Shown: in pieces, positions 36,771 to 44,658 of the stretch
How positions within the stretch are numbered: the first letter of the stretch is position 1
How the letters are laid out: each line of letters starts with the position of its first letter
Assembly (NCBI GenBank): GCA_032654565.1
Contig: JAULAX010000015.1
Location: 800,001-864,000, forward strand
Reading direction: 5' to 3'
Source: Anaeromyxobacteraceae bacterium
GTDB taxonomy: Bacteria; Myxococcota; Myxococcia; Myxococcales; Anaeromyxobacteraceae
DNA: 64,000 nucleotides
Translations under genes and position numbers: made by a program
The notes under the pieces: model-generated
Told to the model about the DNA's origin: nothing
The model's input: only the letters and a program-made list of their open reading frames with translations
Database searches by the model: none

Positions 36771-37468
36771 TTCCCGGCCTCCGGGCCCGGCGTGGGTGGC
36801 TCGGTCGGCGGTGGCCTGGCCTCGAAGGACTGGTTGCAGGAGGCGTACCGGCTGCACTCGAAGGAGGCGTCGGCGGCATAACACTGGCAGTCGCACTCGT
36901 TGAGCTTGGGGAAGCCGGCCGGGCAGCAAACGGACGGGCCGTTGAGCGCCCCGCCGCAGACCACCACGTGGCAGACGAACTGCCCGCCGGCGGCCGCGTC
37001 GCAGGTGGCGGCCGGCCGGGAGTCGGTGGTGACGCGCTTCTCCGGGTTGAAGGGGGCATCGAGCAGGCTCATCCGCAGGAAGGCCTCCCGGTCGAGCCGG
37101 TCCGCCCGCGCCTGGCGACGAGCCATGGCCTCCTTCTCGGCGGCGGCCCGCGCCACCGCCGCCCTGGCGCTGGCCTCGGCCTGGGCCTGCTGCTCCCCGG
37201 CGGTCAGCACCCTGGGCTTGAAGAGCTCCCCCACCAGGGCGCCGGTGAGCGGCACCAGCGGGTTGGTGCTGGAGCCGCCGCTCGACGAGGAGGAGGTGCC
37301 GTAGCAGGCCTCCTCGCAGGTGGAGGCGCTCCCCAGCGGCTTGTGCCTGCCGGGACAGGCGCACATGGTCGGACCGGCCGCCCGGGTGCTCTGGGCCTCC
37401 GTCCAGGAGGCCGTGGTCAGCGTCGCCACCATGGCGCAGAGCAGGTACACCGGCACGGGCCTGTTCAA
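36767..37468 (-). CDS. Secreted cysteine-rich hypothetical protein
   Basis: GGAGG then TTG at 37468; signal peptide ending TEA; 14 Cys in mature part; Ala-rich helix. Confidence 0.72.
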   Translation of the reverse strand: MNRPVPVYLLCAMVATLTTASWTEAQSTRAAGPTMCACPGRHKPLGSASTCEEACYGTSSSSSGGSSTNPLVPLTGALVGELFKPRVLTAGEQQAQAEASARAAVARAAAEKEAMARRQARADRLDREAFLRMSLLDAPFNPEKRVTTDSRPAATCDAAAGGQFVCHVVVCGGALNGPSVCCPAGFPKLNECDCQCYAADASFECSRYASCNQSFEARPPPTEPPTPGPEAGK

Positions 37469-37678
37469 GAGATCCTCCCTGGTTCGACTCCCCGTCGAAG
37501 TGACCGACATCGTGACGCACCAGAAGGAGGGATCGCAAGAATTCGCTTCCCCGGGAATCCGGGAACTTGCCGAAACCTCACACTGACCGAGAGTAATTCC
37601 TGGCCATGGAGGAGGTCCGGGCGATTTCGTCAAGGCGCAAAGGGCGCCGCGCGGCCCGGGGCGGCGGGCGCCGGAGGA

Positions 37679-38623
37679 TCAGCCCGGTGGCCGGGGCGCC
37701 TTCACCGCCACCCGCTCCCTGGCGCGCAGCACCAGCACCGTCCCCGCCAGCACCAGCACCATCCCGGCCACCGCCGGCGCCGTCCACCGGTAATGCTCGA
37801 AGAGCGTCGAGGCCAGCATGGCCACGGCCGGGATGACCGCCGCCGAGTACCCGGCCCGCCCGGCGCCGATCCGCTGCAGCAGCGTCAGGTAGCTGACGAA
37901 GGCCACCACCGAGCCGAAGACCGCCAGGTAGAGGAGGGAGAGCAGGTAGGGGGCCCGGGCGTCGAAGCTGAAGGGGATCCCCACCGCCAGGCACCAGGCC
38001 ACCATCAGCAGCGCGGCGTACCCCATGGCCACGGCGGTGCCCGGCACCACCCCCACGCCGCGGGCGAAGACCCGCTGCGAGAGCAGGTTGCCGCCCGAGG
38101 CCACCAGCGTGCTGCCGGTGGCGAAGGCCACGCCGACCAGCAGCCCGGAGTCGCCGCGCAGGCCGCGCACCTCCGGCCAGAAGAGCAGGGCCACGCCGGA
38201 GACCCCCATGGCCGCGCCCACCATCACCGCGGGCGGGGCCGGGGTCCCGAAGAAGACCCGGGCGCCGAGCAGGTTCCAGAAGACCATGAAGGCGAAGAGC
38301 ACCGCCACCAGCCCCGAGGTCAGGGTGGCCTCGGCCCGGTAGACCAGCACGTAGTTGAGCCCGAAGAGCAGCACCCCCAGCGCCGCCAGGCGCAGGTGGT
38401 CACCGAGGGTGAAGCGGAGCGGGATCCGGCGCAGGCCGCACCAGCCCAGCAGCAGCGCCGAGGCCAGGGCGAAGCGCCAGGCCACCGAGACCTCCGGCGC
38501 CACCACCCCGAGCTGGAACTTGATCACCAGCCAGGTGGTCCCCCAGACGAAGGTGGGGACGGCGAAGAGCAGCAGGCTGCTGGCGCCGGCGGGGCGGGGC
38601 GCGGCGGGATCGGCGGCGGGCAT
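37679..38623 (-). CDS. DMT/EamA-family transporter
   Basis: VWGTTWLVIKFQLG, WRFALA, LLYLAVFGSVVAF, IGAGRAGY; about 10 TM. Confidence 0.93.
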   Translation of the reverse strand: MPAADPAAPRPAGASSLLLFAVPTFVWGTTWLVIKFQLGVVAPEVSVAWRFALASALLLGWCGLRRIPLRFTLGDHLRLAALGVLLFGLNYVLVYRAEATLTSGLVAVLFAFMVFWNLLGARVFFGTPAPPAVMVGAAMGVSGVALLFWPEVRGLRGDSGLLVGVAFATGSTLVASGGNLLSQRVFARGVGVVPGTAVAMGYAALLMVAWCLAVGIPFSFDARAPYLLSLLYLAVFGSVVAFVSYLTLLQRIGAGRAGYSAAVIPAVAMLASTLFEHYRWTAPAVAGMVLVLAGTVLVLRARERVAVKAPRPPG

Positions 38624-38636
38624 GCGGCTCGGAGGG

Positions 38637-39080
38637 CTACCGCCCGGCGTACGGCTTCCCGAAGGTGAAGGTCTTCCGCTTCGGATCCCAGAGCCAGGCC
38701 CACCAGAAGTCGGTGGTGCCATCCCCCTTGTAGTACCGGAAGTCGGTGTGGCCGTCGCCGTTCAGATCCTTGAACTGCCAGCGAGAGGGCTTCTCCATGT
38801 CGTTGACGCTGGCCTCGAGCCGCTCGGCGCCGTGGCCGCCAAAGGTCTTGCCGGTGAGGTTGTCGGTGATGACGTACTCGTAGACGTAGAGGAAGCGCTT
38901 CTGCTCGGCGGGCCCGAGGGGGATGGTCTCCTTGAGCCGGACCTGGACGCTGAAGCCGGGGCCGGGGACCAGCTGGTAGCCCTCGGCGGCCCGCCGCTCG
39001 CGGGTGGTGGTCTTGGGAGCGGCGGCGGCGGCGGTGGTGGCGGCCAGCAGCAGGGCGAGGAGGGCGAGGCGCTGGACCAT
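38637..39080 (-). CDS. Small exported protein with DxNxDGxxD loop
   Basis: Signal peptide; FKDLNGDGHTDF and WLWDPKRKTF. Confidence 0.75.
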   Translation of the reverse strand: MVQRLALLALLLAATTAAAAAPKTTTRERRAAEGYQLVPGPGFSVQVRLKETIPLGPAEQKRFLYVYEYVITDNLTGKTFGGHGAERLEASVNDMEKPSRWQFKDLNGDGHTDFRYYKGDGTTDFWWAWLWDPKRKTFTFGKPYAGR

Positions 39081-39145
39081 GGACGTCTCCGGCGAGGCGG
39101 GAGGAGCGGCCATTCAACCACGAATGACCGGGCCGGGCGGAGCCC

Positions 39146-40153
39146 TCAGGGCCGGGCGCCGGCGAGGGCCTCCGACCGGCAGGCGTCCCGGGCCGCCACC
39201 ACCTCGTCGAAGAACGGCGCAGGCACCACGCCGCCCCGGAGCGCCGTCCAGCTCCGCTCCATGGCAGGCCGCCAGGCCGCGGCGTCGACCTTCACGAGCT
39301 TGAGCCCCTGGCGCTGCATGGCGCCGATGGCCTCGACGTTGAGCCGGCGCACCTCCAGGTCCACCCGCTCGCCGAGCTGGCGCGCCACCTCGAGGAGCCG
39401 CGGCCGCAGCCCGGCGGGGACCCGCTCCCAGGCGTCGCGCCGCACCACCGTCACCCCCACCATGAAGCCCACCGGCAGGTCGATGAGCCACGGCGCGGGC
39501 ACGAAGGTGCGGGTGACCAGCGCGTAGAGCGGCACGTTGTTGAGGCAGTCGATCATCCCGGTCTGGAGCGCCGGCATGATGTCGGTGGCGGCCAGCACCA
39601 CCGGCCGCAGCCCGGCCCGGCGCCAGGCCTCCTCGATCCCGGGATCCCCCTGGGCGGCGAAGATGCGCGCCCCGGCCAGCTCCTCCGGGGTCCGGCGCGG
39701 GCCGTTGCAGTAGAGGGACAGCGAGCCGATCACGCTCCACTGCACCACCACCAGCCCCTGCGCCTCGAGCGCCCGCTCCATCGAGCCCTTGACCCGCTCG
39801 AGGGCGCAGCGCATCTCCGGCTCGTCGCGGAAGAGCAGCGGCGTGGTCATGGCCTGCGGCTCCCTCACCAGGTCGTGGAGGCCGACGTTGGTCAGGGCCG
39901 CCGCCTGGAGCTGGCCGATCCCGACCTTGCGGATCACCTCGCCCTCGTTCCCCTGGGTGCCGCCGGCGTAGACCCTGAGCTTGACCTGGCCCCCCGAGGC
40001 CTCCTCCCAGCGCTGGCCGAGCTCGCGCAGCAGGTCGTGCCAGGCCGAGCCGGTGGGCGCGAGGGTGGCGAGCTTGATGGTGACCTGGCCCCACGCCGGC
40101 CCGGCGGTGGCGAGCAGCAGCGCGGTGATGGCCCAGCGCGTCGGTGAACTCAT
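39146..40153 (-). CDS. dctP: Second TRAP substrate-binding protein DctP (TatP-like), orphan
   Basis: QVTIKLATLAP, RWEEASGGQVKLRVYAGGTQGNEG, LQTGMI; collinear with 2999..3991. Confidence 0.92.
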   Translation of the reverse strand: MSSPTRWAITALLLATAGPAWGQVTIKLATLAPTGSAWHDLLRELGQRWEEASGGQVKLRVYAGGTQGNEGEVIRKVGIGQLQAAALTNVGLHDLVREPQAMTTPLLFRDEPEMRCALERVKGSMERALEAQGLVVVQWSVIGSLSLYCNGPRRTPEELAGARIFAAQGDPGIEEAWRRAGLRPVVLAATDIMPALQTGMIDCLNNVPLYALVTRTFVPAPWLIDLPVGFMVGVTVVRRDAWERVPAGLRPRLLEVARQLGERVDLEVRRLNVEAIGAMQRQGLKLVKVDAAAWRPAMERSWTALRGGVVPAPFFDEVVAARDACRSEALAGARP

Positions 40154-40317
40154 GGTGACCTCCCGGGTCCCCGGGGGAGGGACCGTGCTTCGGCTGGAGA
40201 GTCCTGGAGGGGGGCCGGGTGTGACGGGAGCGGGGCGGCCCCGGTCCTGGCCGCCGCCCGGTCACACCGGCGGGTGCTGGCGGCCTCTCCACCCCGGACA
40301 CCGGACGGGGAGCGACC

Positions 40318-43300
40318 ATGGACCGATTCATCGGCATCGACGTCGGGGCGGAGACCATCAAGGTGGTGGAGCTGGTGCGCGACGGCGGGGCGCTGGCGGT
40401 GGCGCGGCGGCTGGAGTCGGCGCACGGCAAGGCGCCGGGGGCCGGCCTCGTCGAGCTCCTCTCCGGGCTCGACTGGCCGGGGGTGTCCGGGGCCGCGGTG
40501 ACCGGGCGGCTGGGGCGCGGGGTGGCCCTCCCGCGCATCCCCACGCAGCAGGCGCTGGTGGCCGGCCACCGCCACCGCCACGGCGACGGGGCCGCCACCC
40601 TGGTGACCATCGGCGCCCGCGGCTTCCAGGTGGTGGAGCTCCACGCCGGGGGGCGCACCACGGCGCGGGAGAACTCGCGGTGCGCCCAGGGCACCGGGAA
40701 CTTCCTGCGGCAGCTGGTGGAGCGGCTCGGGCTCGGGGTGGAGGAGGCCTGTCGGCTCGCCGAGGCCGAGGCCGACCCGGCCGAGCTCTCCGGGCGCTGC
40801 CCGGTGATCCTCAAGACCGACGTGACCCACCTCGCCAACAAGGGAGAGCGGCGCGAGCGGATCCTGGCCGGGCTGCTCGAGGCGGTGGCCGAGAACGTGG
40901 CCGCGCTGGTGAAGCCGGGGACCTGCCCGGACCGGGTCTACCTGGGCGGCGGCGTGGCCCGCGCCGGGCGGGTGCGCGCGGCGCTGCGGCGGCGGCTGGA
41001 GCGCGCCGGCAGGACGCTGGTCGAGACCGATCCGGGCGAGGCCCTCTTCCAGGAGGCGCTGGGGGCCGCGCTCCACGCCGCCACGGCGCCGGCGCCGGTC
41101 CCCTCGCTGCGCGCCCTGGTCGCCGCCTCCGCGGAGGCCCCCCTGGAGCTCCTGCCGCCGCCGTCGAGCGCGCTCGCCAGGGTGCGCCGCCTGGTCAGGG
41201 CCCCGGCCGGCGGGGCGCCGCCGGCCAGCCTGGTGCTCGGCCTCGACATCGGCTCGACCGGCTCCAAGGCGGTGGCGCTCGACCTGGGGCGGGGCGAGCC
41301 GGCCTGGGAGGGCTACCTGAAGACCGGCGGCGACCCGGTCGGCGCTTCGCAGGCGCTGGTGCGCGCCTTCCTGGCCGGGCCGCTGGCCGCGGTGCCGGTC
41401 GGGGCCGTCGCCGTCACCGGCAGCGGACGCGAGATCGTCGGCTCGCTGCTGGCCACCTGCTTCGGCGCGGAGCGGGTCTTCGTGCTCAACGAGATCGCGG
41501 CGCACGCCGCCGGGGCGGTCCACGCCGATCCGCGCGTCGACACCATCTTCGAGATCGGGGGCCAGGACGCCAAGTACATCCGGCTCGAGCAGGGGCGGGT
41601 GGTGGACGCCGCCATGAACGAGGCCTGCAGCGCCGGCACCGGCTCCTTCATCGAGGAGCAGGGGCGGCGCTTCGAGGGCGTGAAGGACGCGGTCGAGCTG
41701 GCCGCCCTGGCCTGCGGCGCCGACGGCGCGGTGGCGCTCGGTCAGCACTGCTCGGTCTTCATGGCCGAGGTGATCGACGAGGCGGTGGCGCGCGGGGCCC
41801 CGCGGGAGCGGATCGTGGCCGGCCTCTACGAGTCGGTGATCGCCAACTACCTCGATCGCGTCAAGGGGAGCCGCTCGGTCGGCCAGGTGGTCTTCTGCCA
41901 GGGGATGCCCTTCGCCGCCGACGCCCTGGCCGCGGCGGTGGCGCGCCAGACCGGAGCCGAGGTGATCGTGCCGCCCAGCCCGGGCACGGTCGGCGCCCTG
42001 GGGATCGCGCTGCTGGCCGCCGAGGCGCTGCCGGCGTCCTCCGCGGCGCCGCTGGCGCTGTCGCGCCTCCTCGAGGCCCGGGTGGAGCGCACCGAGACCT
42101 TCGTGTGCGGCGCCAGCAGCGGCTGCGGCGGCGAGGGGGCCCGCTGCCGCGTCGACCGGCTCACCACGCTGGTCGCCGGCGAGCGCCGCCGCTTCAGCTG
42201 GGGCGGGGCCTGCGCGCTCCACGACGGCGGGACCCGCAGGCACACCCTGCCCGACCTCGCCCCCGACCCCTTCCGCGAGCGCGAGGGGCTGGTCGATCGG
42301 CTGGTCGCCGGGCTCTCGGCGAGGAGGGGTGGCCGGAGCGTCGCCCTCACCGACGAGTTCCAGCTCAAGGGGCTCTTCCCCTTCTTCGCCACCTTCCTCC
42401 ACGGCCTGGGGCTGGACCTCGAGGTGGTGCGCGGCGCGGGCCGGGCCGAGCTGAAGCGCGGGCTGGATGGCGCCCATGTCGCCTTCTGCGCGCCCATGCA
42501 GCAGCACCACGGCACCGTGGCCGCCCTGGCGGGGCGCGGCACCGACTTCGTCTTCCAGCCCATGTTGCGGGAGCTCCCCCGGGTAGGCGGCGAGCGGGCC
42601 TCGCAGCTCTGCCCGGTGGTCCAGGCGGCGCCGGACCTGCTGCGCGCCGACCTGGGCGACGCGCTGGCCGGCCGGCTGCTCAGCCCGGTGGTCGACGTCG
42701 GCCCCGGCCGGCTCGACGCCCCGGTCTTCCAGGACGCCTGCCGGCGGCTGGCCGGCGAGGTGGGGGTGCGGGACGCGCCGACCTGGCGGGCCGCCTGGGA
42801 GGCCGGGCGCGCGGCGCAGCAGGCCTTCGACGAGGGGCTGCTGGCCATCGGCCGGCGGGCCCTGGGGCGCTGCCGGGAGGAGGGGCTGCTGGCGGTGGTG
42901 GTGCTGGGGCGCACCTACACCATCCACAACGACGTGCTCAACTCCAACGTCCCGGCCATCCTGCGCCAGCAGGGGGCCATCGCCGTCCCGGTCGACTGCC
43001 TCCCCATCGGAGAGGAGGCGCCGCTCTTCGAGAACATGTACTGGGGCCATGGCCAGCGCATCATGCGGGCCGCCTGGCAGGTGCGCCGCACCCCCGGCCT
43101 CTACGCCCTCTACGCCTCCAACTACTCCTGCGGCCCCGACAGCTTCACCCTCCACTTCTTCGGCGCCCTCATGGAGGGGAAGCCCTTCGCCGTCATCGAG
43201 ACCGACGGCCACGCCGGCGACGCCGGCACGCGCACCCGCGTCGAGGCCTTCCTGCACTGCGTCCGCGAGGACCTGCGCGCCCCGCCGCCCCGCGCCGCGC

Positions 43301-44649
43301 CCGGCGTCGAGCGGCTCACGGTGGCGAGCCGGGGCCTCCCCGAGCTGCTGCGCGGCGGCGAGCGGCTGCTGGTGCCGCCCATGGGACCGCAGGCCGAGGC
43401 GCTCGCCGCGGTGCTGCGCGGCGTGGGGCTCCAGGTGGAGGTGCTGCCGGAGCCGACCCGCCAGACGCTGCGGCTGGGCCGCCGCCACGCCTCGGGCAAG
43501 GAGTGCCTGCCGGCGGTGGTGACCCTGGGCGGGCTGCTGGAGCGGCTGGAGCGGGAGCGGGATCCGGCGGCGCGCTTCACCTTCTTCATGCCGGGCACCG
43601 ACGGTCCCTGCCGCTTCGGCGCCTACAAGGAGCTGCACCAGCTGGTGCTCGACCGGCTCGGCCACTCCGGCCGGGTGCGGATCTGGTCTCCGCCCTTCGG
43701 CGACTACTTCCAGGGGATCCCGGCGGGCGCCGGCGCCCTGGTGCTCACCGGCGCCACCGCCATCGACCTGCTGCGCGACCTCCGCTACGAGGTCGGACCG
43801 GGTGAGGCACGCCCGGGCGCGGCCAGCCGGCTCTTCAACCGGTACCTCTCCGTGCTCACCGCCCTGCTGGAGCGCGAGGCGGCGCGCGACCTGGGCGGCG
43901 GCCGGGTGCTGCGCGAGGCGGCCACCGGCCGGCTCTACGGCGTCCCGACCCTGCTGAGGCGGGCCGGGGAGGCCTTCGCCGCGCTGCGGGGCCCGGTCGA
44001 GGCGCCGCGCGTGCTGGTGGTGGGCGAGATCTTCGTCCGCAACGAGCCCTTCTCGAGCGGCTTCGTCGCCGACGAGCTGGCGCGGCGCGGCCTGGTCGCC
44101 CGCGTCGCCCCGGTCACCGAGTTCCTCCAGTACTCCGACCACTGCGGGCGGCAGCAGCGACGCCTCGACCTCGGCGACCGGCTCGACGGCTGGGTGCGCC
44201 GCCGCATCGAGACCGCCTGCCACCAGGCCGCGGCGAGGGCCTTCGGCTGGCGCCCGCCGCCCGGGACGGCGAGGACGCTGCGCGCCGCCGCGCCCTACCT
44301 GCGCGACGCCCTGGAGGGCGAGACGGTCCTGACCCTGGGGGCGGCCGTCGAGGCCTGGCGGCGGCGCGAGGTGGAGGGCGTCCTCTCGGTCGGGCCGCTC
44401 GAGTGCATGCCCAACAAGCTGGCCGAGTCGCTCTTCCACCACGCCGCGGCGCGCGAGGGGCTGCTCTCGCTCACCCTCTCGCTCAACGGGGAGCCGCTCG
44501 ATCCCGAGGCGCTCGACGCCTTCGCCTTCGCGGTCCACGCCCGCCACCGGGCCACCGCCGGGCGGCCCCGTCCGCCCCTCCACCGGCCTCGCCCCCGCCC
44601 CGCGGGCGACCTGGTCACGCTGGGGCTCCCGGCGCAGCAGGCCCGGTGA
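40318..44649 (+). CDS. Multidomain acyl-CoA dehydratase activase (two BadF/BcrAD ATPase modules plus DUF2229/HgdD-like region)
   Basis: GIDVG, RCAQGTG, GLDIGSTGSK, EIGGQDAKY, NEACSAGTGSF, YSCGPD, ECLP, GPCRFG, PLECMP. Confidence 0.92.
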   Translation: MDRFIGIDVGAETIKVVELVRDGGALAVARRLESAHGKAPGAGLVELLSGLDWPGVSGAAVTGRLGRGVALPRIPTQQALVAGHRHRHGDGAATLVTIGARGFQVVELHAGGRTTARENSRCAQGTGNFLRQLVERLGLGVEEACRLAEAEADPAELSGRCPVILKTDVTHLANKGERRERILAGLLEAVAENVAALVKPGTCPDRVYLGGGVARAGRVRAALRRRLERAGRTLVETDPGEALFQEALGAALHAATAPAPVPSLRALVAASAEAPLELLPPPSSALARVRRLVRAPAGGAPPASLVLGLDIGSTGSKAVALDLGRGEPAWEGYLKTGGDPVGASQALVRAFLAGPLAAVPVGAVAVTGSGREIVGSLLATCFGAERVFVLNEIAAHAAGAVHADPRVDTIFEIGGQDAKYIRLEQGRVVDAAMNEACSAGTGSFIEEQGRRFEGVKDAVELAALACGADGAVALGQHCSVFMAEVIDEAVARGAPRERIVAGLYESVIANYLDRVKGSRSVGQVVFCQGMPFAADALAAAVARQTGAEVIVPPSPGTVGALGIALLAAEALPASSAAPLALSRLLEARVERTETFVCGASSGCGGEGARCRVDRLTTLVAGERRRFSWGGACALHDGGTRRHTLPDLAPDPFREREGLVDRLVAGLSARRGGRSVALTDEFQLKGLFPFFATFLHGLGLDLEVVRGAGRAELKRGLDGAHVAFCAPMQQHHGTVAALAGRGTDFVFQPMLRELPRVGGERASQLCPVVQAAPDLLRADLGDALAGRLLSPVVDVGPGRLDAPVFQDACRRLAGEVGVRDAPTWRAAWEAGRAAQQAFDEGLLAIGRRALGRCREEGLLAVVVLGRTYTIHNDVLNSNVPAILRQQGAIAVPVDCLPIGEEAPLFENMYWGHGQRIMRAAWQVRRTPGLYALYASNYSCGPDSFTLHFFGALMEGKPFAVIETDGHAGDAGTRTRVEAFLHCVREDLRAPPPRAAPGVERLTVASRGLPELLRGGERLLVPPMGPQAEALAAVLRGVGLQVEVLPEPTRQTLRLGRRHASGKECLPAVVTLGGLLERLERERDPAARFTFFMPGTDGPCRFGAYKELHQLVLDRLGHSGRVRIWSPPFGDYFQGIPAGAGALVLTGATAIDLLRDLRYEVGPGEARPGAASRLFNRYLSVLTALLEREAARDLGGGRVLREAATGRLYGVPTLLRRAGEAFAALRGPVEAPRVLVVGEIFVRNEPFSSGFVADELARRGLVARVAPVTEFLQYSDHCGRQQRRLDLGDRLDGWVRRRIETACHQAAARAFGWRPPPGTARTLRAAAPYLRDALEGETVLTLGAAVEAWRRREVEGVLSVGPLECMPNKLAESLFHHAAAREGLLSLTLSLNGEPLDPEALDAFAFAVHARHRATAGRPRPPLHRPRPRPAGDLVTLGLPAQQAR

Positions 44650-44658
44650 CGGCCGCCC

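Noticed and set aside
40174..40290. GGAGGGAC and GGTGCT resembling SAM-I riboswitch pieces
   Set aside because: Lacks ATC..GAG, GCAACC and the closing GAT
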